The notes under the pieces were generated by a model. That model had not been told where the DNA came from, did not search any database, and saw nothing but the letters and a program-made list of their open reading frames with translations. Of a stretch of 64,000 nt of DNA, positions 54,401 through 64,000 are shown piece by piece. The stretch comes from Tubulanus polymorphus (taxonomy: Eukaryota; Animalia; Nemertea), in contig NC_134026.1 of NCBI RefSeq assembly GCF_964204645.1, positions 1,883,950 to 1,947,949 of the forward strand, in the 5' to 3' direction. Positions within the stretch are counted from its first letter, which is position 1, and every line of letters begins with the position of its first letter. A program made the position numbers and the translations under genes.

Positions 54401-56962
54401 TGTGTATACTGTATCAGCAAATTATTATCACATTACACATTTTAAAAGTGTTATACTCAAAGATGCTATTGTTTGATTGCTTCACTTTGGTTCCTTGCAC
54501 CTGAAGGTTGTTAACTGTCATGTAGAAACGTGACAAACGAACTGAATTGTCAGTGCATTAAACACTGATGACCTCCTTTAATACTGCTGCTTGGTGCTGG
54601 GTGTTAATTAATACACTCTGTTTTGGAGTGATATTGAGATCAGGAGCCTCCTCCTTCCTGCTTCAACTGTCATGTAGAAACGTGACAAACAAACTGAATT
54701 GTCAGTGTGTTACATCACTGATGACCTCCTTTGATACTGCTGTTTGCTGGTGGTGCTAATTGATACACATTGTTTTAGGGTGATATCTAAAATATAAAAA
54801 AAAATTATTACATTAAACATTATAACAACATGAATCATCCTCCTTAAATACTGCTGCTTGCTGCTGGCTCTGTTTTGGGGTGATATTGAGATCAGGAATC
54901 TCCTCCTTCCTGCTTCAACTGTCATGTAGAAACGTGACAAACAAACTGAATTGTCAGTGTGTTACATCATTGATGACCTCCTTTAATACTGCTGCTTGCT
55001 GCTGGCTCTGTTTTGGGGTGATATTGAGATCAGGAGTCTCCTCCTTCCTGCTTCAACTGTCATGTAGAAACGTGACAAACAAACTGAATTGTCAGTGTGT
55101 TACATCATTGATGACCACCTTTAATACTGCTGCTTGCTGCTGGCTCTGTTTTGGGGTGATATTGAGATCAGGAGTCTTCTCCTTCCTGCTTCAACTGTCA
55201 TGTAGAAACGTGACAAACAAACTGAATTGTCAGTGTGTTACAACATTGATGACCTCCTTTAATACTGCTGCTTGCTGCTGGCTGTGTTTTGGGGTGATAT
55301 TGAGATCAGGAGTCTCCTCCTTCCTTCTTCAACTGTCATGTAGAAACGTGACAAACAAACTTAATTGTCAGTGTGTTACATCATTGATGACCTCCTTTAA
55401 TACTGCTGCTTGCTGCTGGCTCTGTTTTGGGGTGATATTGAGATCAGGAGTCTTCTCCTTCCTGCTTCAACTGTCATGTAGAAACGTGACAAACAAACTG
55501 AATTGTCAGTGTGTTACATCACTGATGACCTCCTTTAATACTGCTGCTTGCTGCTGGCTCTGTTTTGTGGTGATATTGAGATCGGGAGTCTCCTCCTTCC
55601 TTCTTCGACTGTCATGTAGAAACGTGACAAACAAACTGAATTGTCAGTGTGTTACATCACTGATGACCTCCTTTAATACTGCTGCTTGAGGCTGGGTGTT
55701 AATTGATATGCTCTGGGGTGATATCGATGCATTCTCCTCCCTTCTTCAACTGTCATGTAGAAACGTGACAAACAAACTGAATTGTCAGTGTGTTACATCA
55801 CTGATGACCTCCTTAAATACTGCTGCTTGAGGCTGGGTGTTGATTAATACACTCTGTTTTGGGGTGATATTGAGATCAGGAGTCTTCTCCTTCCTGCTTC
55901 AACTGTCATGTAGAAACGTGACAAACAAACTGAATTGTCAGTGTGTTACATCACTGATGACCTCCTTTAATACTGCTGCTTGCTGCTGGCTCTGTTTTGT
56001 GGTGATATTGAGATCGGGAGTCTCTTCCTTCCTTCTTCGACTGTCATGTAGAAACGTGACAAACAAACTGAATTGTCAGTGTGTTACATCACTGATGACC
56101 TCCTTAAATACTGCTGCTTGAGGCTGGGTGTTGATTAATACACTCTGTTTTGGGGTGATAGTGAGTTCGGGAGTCTCCACCTTCCTTCTTCAACAGTCAT
56201 GTAGAAATATGACAAACAAACTGAATTGTCAGTGTGTCACAACACTGATGGCCTCCTTTAATACTGCTTGTTGCTGCTGCTGCGTGTTAATTCTTACCTC
56301 CATCCCTGAACTTCTTGAATTATTACATTAGCATATTACAATAAAAATTATTACATTAAACATTATAATATCATGAATCATCCTCCTTGAATATTGCTGC
56401 TTGCTGCTGGCTCTGTTTTGGGGTGATATTGAGTTCAGGAGTCTCCTCCTTCCTTCTTCAACTGTTACTTAGAAACGTGACAAACGAACTGAATTGTCAG
56501 TGTGTTACAACACTGATGACCTCCTTTAATACTGCTGCTTGCTGCTGGGTGTTAATTGATACACTCTGTTTTGGGGTGATATATTGAGTTTTGGTGAGTT
56601 TTGCTGCCTGATCTCCCTTGTAGCGACTTTATGTAAAAGGAATAAAAGGTATAAAAGAATAATAGGTTTAAAAGAATGATGTTATAAACTTTACATGTCA
56701 ATGAAGAAACAGATGGGAAATACTGTTACATGTTGATTTCTACATTCTGTTCTAATTAAGGGTGATGATTAAAACTTGAATTAGTCATTACTTGTTCAGT
56801 AGATTTGTTAGATAGGAATCAGCTAAACTGGGTCAGAGTGTTTTATCAATGCTGATAAACTCTAAACCTGAGTTAATAAAACTTCAAAACATTGGGGCCA
56901 ATTCTTGTCCTTTATAGCCTATTAAATGAAGATCGATCATCATAAACACCGGTGAAAACAAT

Positions 56963-57037
56963 TGACGTCTCACTTTGCACCTGACGTCTCACTTTGTACC
57001 TGACGTCTCACTTTGTACCTGACTTCTCACTTTGCAC
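56963..57037. repeat. Four 19-bp repeats, three carrying a CRE-like TGACGTC
   Basis: TGACGTCTCACTTTG(C/T)ACC at 56963, 56982 and 57001; degenerate copy at 57020. Confidence 0.85.
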
Positions 57038-57349
57038 TGATGCATCCATGCACTAATGCACTTGCATGAAATGGCACTAAATACATAAAGACACACAAAT
57101 TGTGTTTATGTATATTTCAGGGGATACACATGCACACCCGCGGGTCCATGCGCATGATCGGCATGTAGAGTGCTATCTTTGTTTGTGTGTGGATATAATT
57201 TGTGATAATGTTTCAGTGTTTGTCATTGAAAAGCATTAATTCTACAAACAATCTTAAATACTCATTTTGTAAACAAAAACATAAAAGGTTAATGATTAAT
57301 TGTAAAATGGTAAAAATGAAATGTTAAAATATCTATGTCTGAAATAATG

Positions 57350-58800
57350 TACTGAAGATTAAGTCGCAGTGGTTATAGAAAGATTAGAGCTTCAGATCAG
57401 CTAGATCCGATGTACTGAGTTATCTCACTCAAAGTCAGAAACAAAGAGAGTCACAGGGAAAGTTAACAGTTCCAGAGGAACGTCGAGTCATTTGTCTGAA
57501 CTGACTTTAAATCAGGTATGATATTACAATTGTATAAATCAATTTTCAAAGTATCAAAATTGAAAATTATTCATATTTTGTGTTTTCTTGTAGCAAATAT
57601 TGAAGGGTCACAGAACTGAGTGTCACTAGAGATGAGACAATCACCAGGCATCAGTTAGATGAATGTCACCACTCAGATCAGTAGCACTGATTCATCTCCG
57701 TCAAAGTCAGCAAAAGTCGCAAGGAAGGTTGACAGTTCCAGAGGAACGTCGAGTCATTAGTCTGAATTGACTATAAATCATGTATCAAGGTACATAAAAC
57801 ATGGTTCTCTTGTTGTAGGAAAAGTCTCAAACATTATGCTGGTCTGTTACATGTTTTCTTGCAGCAAATCATTAGACATACAATACCAGAAGAAGGATAA
57901 GTCATTGAATTGACTATAAATCAAAGTCTCAAAATCTAAAATTATTCATATTTTATGTTTTCTTGTAGCAAATATTGAGAGGTTTAACCACAGAACTGAG
58001 TGTCACCATAGATGAGAATATCACTAGTGAGATCAGTACAGAACTATGTCCCTCCAAGTGGATAGATCAGGGCGTCACCAGTGAGATAAGTGCATCACAA
58101 GTGAGATGAGATCAGTGGTGCTGTGCTATATCTGCCTCTAAGTCAGGAACGAAGTAACAATTAAGAGTCACATGTAAACAGTTCCAGAGGAATGTCGAGT
58201 CATTAGTCTGAACTGACTTTAAATCAGGTATAATATTGAAAATGATATGAATCAATTTTCAAATATCAAAAATTGAACATTGCCGGTATTCATATGTATT
58301 TTGTGTTTTCTTGTAGCAAATATTGAGAGGTCCATAGAATTGAGTCATCAGAGATAACACAATCACGAGGCATCAGTTAGATGAATGTCACCACTGAGAT
58401 CAGTTGTACTTAATTAACTGCCTTAGCAACAAAGTAGAGTCACAAAGTTAACAGTTGCAAAGGAAGGTCGAGTCATTAGTCTGAACTGACTTTAAATCAG
58501 GTATAACTTTGAAATTACATGAATCAATTTTCAAATCTCCTGTTATTCAAAATTATTCATATTTTGAGTTTTCGTTTTGTGAGTAGGAAATATCTAGAGA
58601 TGTTATGTTACTAAAAGATGGAAAAATACCTTCAGGGATTCACATGAATATTCTTCCAAAGTTGAAAGAATGGATGAGTCATGAATCTGAACAGACTATA
58701 AATCAGGTATGTTGTAATAGAAAAACGACTTATGTTTTAATGTTTGGTTGATTGTTGAAAATATCCTTTAATGTTTGTTTGTTTGTCTTGTAGGTGAAAA
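57350..58800 (+). other. Array of about six diverged exon-intron modules (candidate spliced lncRNA or dead gene)
   Basis: Repeated ...GAGTCATTAGTCTGAACTGACTTTAAATCAG|GTAT donors and TTTTCTTGTAG|CAAATATTGA acceptors. Introns 57516-57593, 57782-57864, 58228-58316, 58501-58586 and 58707-58793. Confidence 0.55.
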
Positions 58801-58865
58801 TGTGTGAAATATCTAATCTAACTCGATGTTGACTTTGATAATCAGGGGGCGCCTGTTGATCGTTT

Positions 58866-59540
58866 GAGAACTCTAATGCGTTGCTGGAACTTGGTGAACT
58901 CTAATGCGTTGCTGGAACTTGGAGAACTCTAATGCGTTGCTGGAACTTGGAGAACTCTAATGCGTTGCTGGAACTTGGAGAACTCTAATGCGTTGCTGGA
59001 ACTTGGTGAACTCTAATGCGTTACTGAAACTTGGTGAACTCTAATGCGTTACTGGAACTTGGAGAACTCTAATGCATTACTGGAACTTGGAGAACTCTAA
59101 TGCGTTGCTGGAACTTGGAGAACTCTAATGCGTTGCTGGAACTTGGTGAACTCTAATGCGTTGCTGGAACTTGGTGAACTCTAATGCATTACTGGAACTT
59201 GGAGAACTCTAATGCGTTGCTGGAACTTGGAGAACTCTAATGCGTTACTGGAACTTGGTGAACTCTAATGCGTTGCTGGAACTTGGAGAACTCTAATGCG
59301 TTGCTGGAACTTGGTGAACTCTAATGCGTTACTGGAACTTGGAGAACTCTAATGCGTTGCTGGAACTTGGAGAACTCTAATGCGTTGCTGGAACTTGGAG
59401 AACTCTAATGCGTTGCTGGAACTTGGTGAACTCTAATGCGTTACTGGAACTTGGAGAACTCCAATGTTTTGCTTGAACTTGGAGAACTCTAATGCGTTGC
59501 TTAACTTGGAGAACTCTAATGCGTTGCTTAACTTGGAGAA
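58866..59540. repeat. 28-bp tandem minisatellite, about 24 copies
   Basis: Unit GAACTCTAATGCGTTGCTGGAACTTGG(A/T). Confidence 0.96.
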
Positions 59541-60620
59541 TTCTTGTGAATGTTAAGACTTTGAGAATTCTTATGTGTGTGCAACTGACCCTGTGTATCA
59601 ATATGTGTGTTCAATTCGAGATTTACTTTGATTTGAATAAAACCAGTTAGAATATCTTTGATCGTTTCTAAAGAATTGTTGCTGTTGTTTTGAGGTGGAA
59701 CTGAAATGCAGTAGTCAGTTCTGTAGTGTGTTTGAACTTGACATGACATGATGACTGACCTTGATTTCTTCTTGTTGACTTCTGTCTGTGTTTGTTAATT
59801 ACACTTCGTAACTCGTTTGTTTTTGTAAAACTTATTTATTTCTATGAAATGATATGGTGATTTGTAGAGGAGCTGTAGTGTATTCTCAACTTGGTGTAAA
59901 TAGTAAAACGAGGTGGAAAGTACTTAACCAGTTTTATCTTGTCTTATTTGTTACATTGATAGATATTGATTTTGTGGTACTTAATTGATTTAAAGTGCTT
60001 GTGATTGGTGTTTGATTATTGGTTGTTGGTTGACCTCTTTGTTTACTTATAAATACATATTGAACTATTTATCACGAAGACTAAAACCTATTCGTGGTTT
60101 AGTTGTTCACTACAAATTGTTTGTGTTGTTTTTCTGTGTTCTACAGTGGACTCGACTCTTCTAACTCGAATCACACTAATCAAGTATAGTATCACATTGA
60201 CTCAGACACTTTCAAACTCTTTGAAATTCTATTGTCTACAGTCAATCACCTGTACTCGCTTGTTTTAATTGATTTAGTAAGGAGAACTCGGTCTACCCAT
60301 GCACATTTAAACTAGATAGTCCAGATTATATTTTTTCAGTATATACTAACACGTTAAGTGTAATGATAGATAACTACAGTAAACCTAACTCAGATTTTCA
60401 CTTCAACTCGTGCCAATCTAGCGGGTCTCAGTTAATCCTAGTAAGGACGAGCCGGTTTACTGAAGAAGTGTCTGTCACCTTTACCCAGAATATGTCTACT
60501 CAAGTATTGAACCTGGGGCACCCCTGTTTATCCTCTATTCAGCATCAGGACCACTGAAATCAGGGGCAGTAATTTTTGGGTTCGAACTCGGGACATTCGC
60601 CTAGTTTAAATGATGCTATG

Positions 60621-60770
60621 ATCGCCATCTATTGGAAGTTGGCTGAACCGACTAGACAGCTCTTATTTGTCTCACTGACTCTTCTTTAATCGAATACGAA
60701 TACGAAGGAGAGTCGGTGAGACAAATAAGAGCTGTCTAGTCGGTTCAGCCAAATTCCAATAGATGGCGAT
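60621..60770. mobile_element. Near-perfect foldback (arms about 62 bp), MITE-like
   Basis: ATCGCCATCTATTGGAAGTTGGCTGAACCGACTAGACAGCTCTTATTTGTCTCACTGACTC and its reverse complement ending ...CCAATAGATGGCGAT. The loop contains CGAATACGAATACGAA. Confidence 0.8.
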
Positions 60771-60784
60771 TACATGAGAAATAT

Positions 60785-60918
60785 TGATTGAGCGCAAACA
60801 AAGTAAACTTAGTTCAATTCTCTATAAGATTTTTAATTTGTATCTGAATGATAGATTTAAGAGCCCCTGGCTAATATTTATTAAGAAGACTTTTGATGAG
60901 TGTGTTTTCTCATATATC
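60785..60918 (+). mobile_element. Short diverged fragment of the LINE family found at 61.55-62.6 kb
   Basis: TTTAAGAGCCCCTGGCTAATATTTATTAAGAAGACTTTTGATGA aligns by eye to about 61818-61861. Confidence 0.75.
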
Positions 60919-61351
60919 AGGACCACTCTGGACCAGTGTCAGTAATTACTGGGTTCGAACCCGGGACAACCCTGTACATCCTCTAATGAGCACCAGGACC
61001 ACTCTGGATCAGAATCAGTAATTACTAGTATTAGGTTCGGACCCGGTACACCCGTAATCCTCTATCCAGCATCAGGACCACTCAGAATCAGTATCAGTAA
61101 TTGCTGGGTTCGAACCCGACCGAACACCCATCTATTCAGCATCAGGACCACTCTGAATCAGTGTGTCAGTAATTACTGGGTTCGAACCACGGAATGCCCC
61201 TGTACATCCTCTAATTAGCACCAGGATTACTCTGGATCAGTATCAGTAATTACTGGGTTCGAACCCAGGACACCCGTGAATCCTCCATTCAGCATTAGGA
61301 CCACTCTGCATCAGTTATCAGTAATTACTTTTGTTAAGATATCAACATTTT

Positions 61352-61529
61352 ACCGTACGGTGCTGCCTCTATGCTAATCGGTAGCGGGATTTTCATACAC
61401 TAACGTTAGTCAACTCTGGCAAGCAAGGATTACGGAGTATCACTGGACAGCACGACGATTGCCAGAGTTGACTTCAGTTAGTGTATGGAAATCCCGCTAA
61501 GGATGAGCATAGCGGCAGCACCGTACGGT
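61352..61529. mobile_element. Foldback/MITE-like element, copy 1 (arms about 70 bp)
   Basis: ACCGTACGGTGCTGCC...GTCAACTCTGGCAA, spacer of about 35 bp, then TTGCCAGAGTTGAC...GGCAGCACCGTACGGT. Confidence 0.8.
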
Positions 61530-61554
61530 CAGGACAACATGTGTGTCGCTCATT

Positions 61555-62575
61555 TAGCTCTATACGGCTGCGAAATCTGGGGTTATGAGAATCTCGATTT
61601 ACTAGAAAACCTCCACTGCTAATTCTGTAAAATTATAATGAAAGTTACGAAATATTCCCATAATGTGCAAGTGCTGGCAGAACTAGGGCGTTATCCTATG
61701 TATATTGACGCAAAGCGTAGAATGATCAATTTTTGGGTTAAAACGATATCGTGCAAGCAAACTAAACTAAGTTCAATTCTTTATAAAATATCTCTCAATT
61801 TATATGTTAATGATAGGTTTAAGAGCCCCTGGCTGTTATTTATTAAGAAGATTTTTGATGACTGCGGTCTATCATATATTTGGACGCAGCAATTAATGGT
61901 TAACTCTATGACACTCTCAAAGAAATTAAAATGTGTACTCCGAGACCAGCACGTACAAGAGATAGATTTTAAGTTGAATAATAACTCGTTGTACACTAAT
62001 ATTAGGCAATATAAGAAGGATATTAAATTTGAAAACTACATTAATCAGCTTGATGACGATTTAGTGACCAGTTTATTCCAGTTCAGGATTGGGTCTTATC
62101 TCCTGCCTGCAAATAGATTATCAAACCTTCATTTACCCAGAACCGATAGATTATGCCCCGCCTGCAACGTTTTAGGAGACGAAGTACATTTTATTTTCGA
62201 TTGTAATTTGCTAACCGAACCCCGTGAAAACCACTTAGATATAAATAAATACCTTTCGGAATTTAGATGTATTTCAAAATCCAACTTTAAATTAGGCTAA
62301 ATTCATCAAAATAGGTCTAGATGTATATAAATCCCTCCGGTAGTATATGAATTGTAAATATATGTATTGTAAATATATGTATTGTAAATAGTAAATAGTA
62401 TATTATGCACATAAGTGTTACATAAGTGTGAGACCAGTTAATTAAGTTTTGTAGCTTTTATTACCGTTTATGTAATTATTGTAAATACTGTTTTCTCCTC
62501 CATATACCATGGAAATGGTTGGAGTGTAATAAATATTCGTATTCATATTCGTATTCGTATTCGTATTCGTATTCG
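61555..62575 (+). mobile_element. 3' end of a non-LTR retrotransposon (RTE/RTE-X-like): C-terminal domain, 3' UTR and (TATTCG)n tail
   Basis: LYGCEIWG...(stop)...LAELGRYP...RLCPACNVLGDEVHFIFDC zinc-finger motif in ORF 61638-62300; AATAAA then (TATTCG)n at about 62534-62575. Confidence 0.85.
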
Positions 62576-62935
62576 ACACCTGTACATCCTCTATTCAGCA
62601 TCAGGCGGGACAACTCTGAATCAGTATCAGTAATTACTAGGTAGGTTCGAACCCGGGACACACCTGTACATCCTCTATTCAGCATCAGGACAACTTGGAC
62701 CACTACTGGGTTCGAACCCGGGACACCCCTGTACATCATCTAATCAGCATCAGGATCACTCTGAATCAGTATCAGTAATTACAGGGTTCGAACCCGGGAC
62801 ACCCGTACATCCTCCATTCAGCATCAGGACCACTCTGAATCAGTGTGAGTAATTCCTAAGTTCGAACCCGGGACACTCCTGTAAATCCTCTATGCAGCAT
62901 CAGGACAACTCTGCATCAGTTATCAGTAATTACTT
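62576..62935 (-). repeat. Second block of ~78-bp tRNA-like B-box repeats
   Basis: GGTTCGAACCCGGGACAC...TGTACATCCTCTATTCAGCATCAGGACCACTCTGAATCAGT repeats. Confidence 0.8.
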
Positions 62936-62956
62936 TTGTTAAAATATCAACATTTT

Positions 62957-63134
62957 ACCGTACGGTGCTGCCTCTATGCTCGTCGCTAGCGGGATTTTCA
63001 TACACTAACGTTAGTCAACTCTGGCAAGCAAGCATTACGGAGTATAACGGGACAGCACGACGATTGCCAGAGTTGACTTCAGTTAGTGTATGGAAATCCC
63101 GCTAACGATGGGCGTAGCGGCAGCACCGTACGGT
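62957..63134. mobile_element. Foldback/MITE-like element, copy 2
   Basis: Same arms as 61352-61529, offset by 1605 bp. Confidence 0.8.
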
Positions 63135-63159
63135 CAGGACACCATGTGTGTCGCTCATG

Positions 63160-64000
63160 TAGCTCTATACGGCTGCAAAATCTGGGGTTATGAGAATCTC
63201 GATTTACTAGAAAACCTCCACTGCTTATTCTGTAAAATTATAATGAAAGTTACGAATTATTCAATTTTTGGGTTAAAACGATATCGTGCAAGCAAACTAA
63301 ACTAAGTTCAATCCTTTATAAAATATCTCTCAATTTATATGTTAATGATAGGTTTAAGAGCCCCTGGCTGTTATTTATTAAGAAGATTTTTGATGACTGC
63401 GGTCTATCATATATTTGGACGCAGCAATTAATGGTTAACTCTATGACACTCTCAAAGAAATTAAAATGTGTACTCCGAGACCAGCACGTACAAGAGATAG
63501 ATTTTAAGTTGAATAATAACTCGCTGTACACTAATTCTAGGCAATATTAGAAGGATATTAAATTTGAAAACTACATTAATCAGCTTGATGACGATTTAGT
63601 GACCAGTTTATTCCAGTTCAGGATTGGGTCTTATCTCCTGCCTGCAAATAGATTATCAAACCTTCATTTACCCAGAACCGATAGATTATGCCCCGCCTGC
63701 AATGTTTTAGGAGACGAAGTACATTTTATTTTCGATTGTAATTTGATTACCGAATCCCGTTAAAACCACTTAGATATAAATAAATACCTTTCGGAATTTA
63801 GATGTATTTCAAAATCCAACTTTAAATTAGGCTAAATTCATCAAAATAGGTCTAGATGTATATAAATCCCTCCGGTAGTATATGAATTGTAAATATATGT
63901 ATTGTAAATATATGTATTGTAAATAGTAAATAGTATATTATGTACATAAGTGTTACATAAGTGTGAGACCAGTTAATTAAGTTTTGTAGCTTTTATTACC
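63160..64000 (+). mobile_element. Second copy of the RTE-like 3' fragment (internal deletion near 63260, extra stops), running off the window
   Basis: Near-identical to 61555-62465 but lacks the CCCATAATGTGCAAG...GAATGA segment. Confidence 0.85.

Larger units (their letters stand above)
44671..56600. repeat. Large composite satellite: 138/153-bp monomers and ~237/267-bp variants with higher-order duplications, interrupted twice by a ~159-bp satellite
   Basis: Monomer CTTCAACTGTCATGTAGAAACGTGACAAACAAACTGAATTGTCAGTGTGTTACATCACTGATGACCTCCTTTAATACTGCTGCTTGCTGCTGGCTCTGTTTTGGGGTGATATTGAG... The marker GATATCGATGCATTC recurs near 46811, 48342 and 55720. Confidence 0.97.
60500..61330 (-). repeat. 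Tandem tRNA-like (B-box) repeats of about 78 bp, interrupted by a hairpin and a LINE fragment
   Basis: The minus-strand unit reads TGATTCAGAGTGGTCCTGATGCTGAATAGAGGATGTACAGGGGTGTCCCGGGTTCGAACCCAGTAATTAC, with an A-box-like AGTGG and B-box GGTTCGAACCC. Confidence 0.75.

Noticed and set aside
45096-56587. Cys-rich ORFs with 46-aa repeats (TSFNTAACCWLCFGVILRSG...) and the antisense MSRFYMTVEEGRR ORFs
   Set aside because: They arise because satellite monomers of 138 and 153 bp are multiples of three. Frames break at random between monomers and there is no unique start or end domain.
33888-59540. CRISPR-like arrays (28-38 bp repeats)
   Set aside because: Repeats are head-to-tail with no unique spacers, the context is eukaryotic and there are no cas genes.

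Overview
AT-rich metazoan genomic DNA with many short (about 60-130 nt) GT-AG introns; probably a marine invertebrate, which is inference from gene architecture and repeat types. The window has two very different halves. About 1-26.2 kb is compact, gene-dense DNA: an intronless CABIT-domain (GAREM/THEMIS-like) adaptor (+), VPS28 (-), ANKRD66-like (+), a BCR/ABR RhoGEF-PH-C2-RhoGAP gene (-), xylulokinase XYLB (+), an MFSD1-family transporter (+) and ASNSD1 (-). From about 26.5 kb I find no conserved gene. That half starts with a GC-rich foldable element and a spliced orphan gene with a CCAAT/CRE/TATA/Inr promoter whose 4-kb intron holds a MITE and a dead LINE. About 30 kb of stacked tandem repeats follow (32, 33, ~24, ~158, 38, ~94, 138/153, ~159, 19, 28 and ~78 bp units, some with higher-order structure). 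Among them are an array of duplicated exon-intron modules with no open frame, and a tandemly duplicated composite of tRNA-like repeats, a long hairpin and an RTE-like LINE 3' end. The strongest candidates for something undescribed are the repeated-exon non-coding unit (57-59.5 kb), the orphan gene (28.2-33.4 kb) and the structured element at 26.55-26.70 kb. All calls were made by eye with no database searches.
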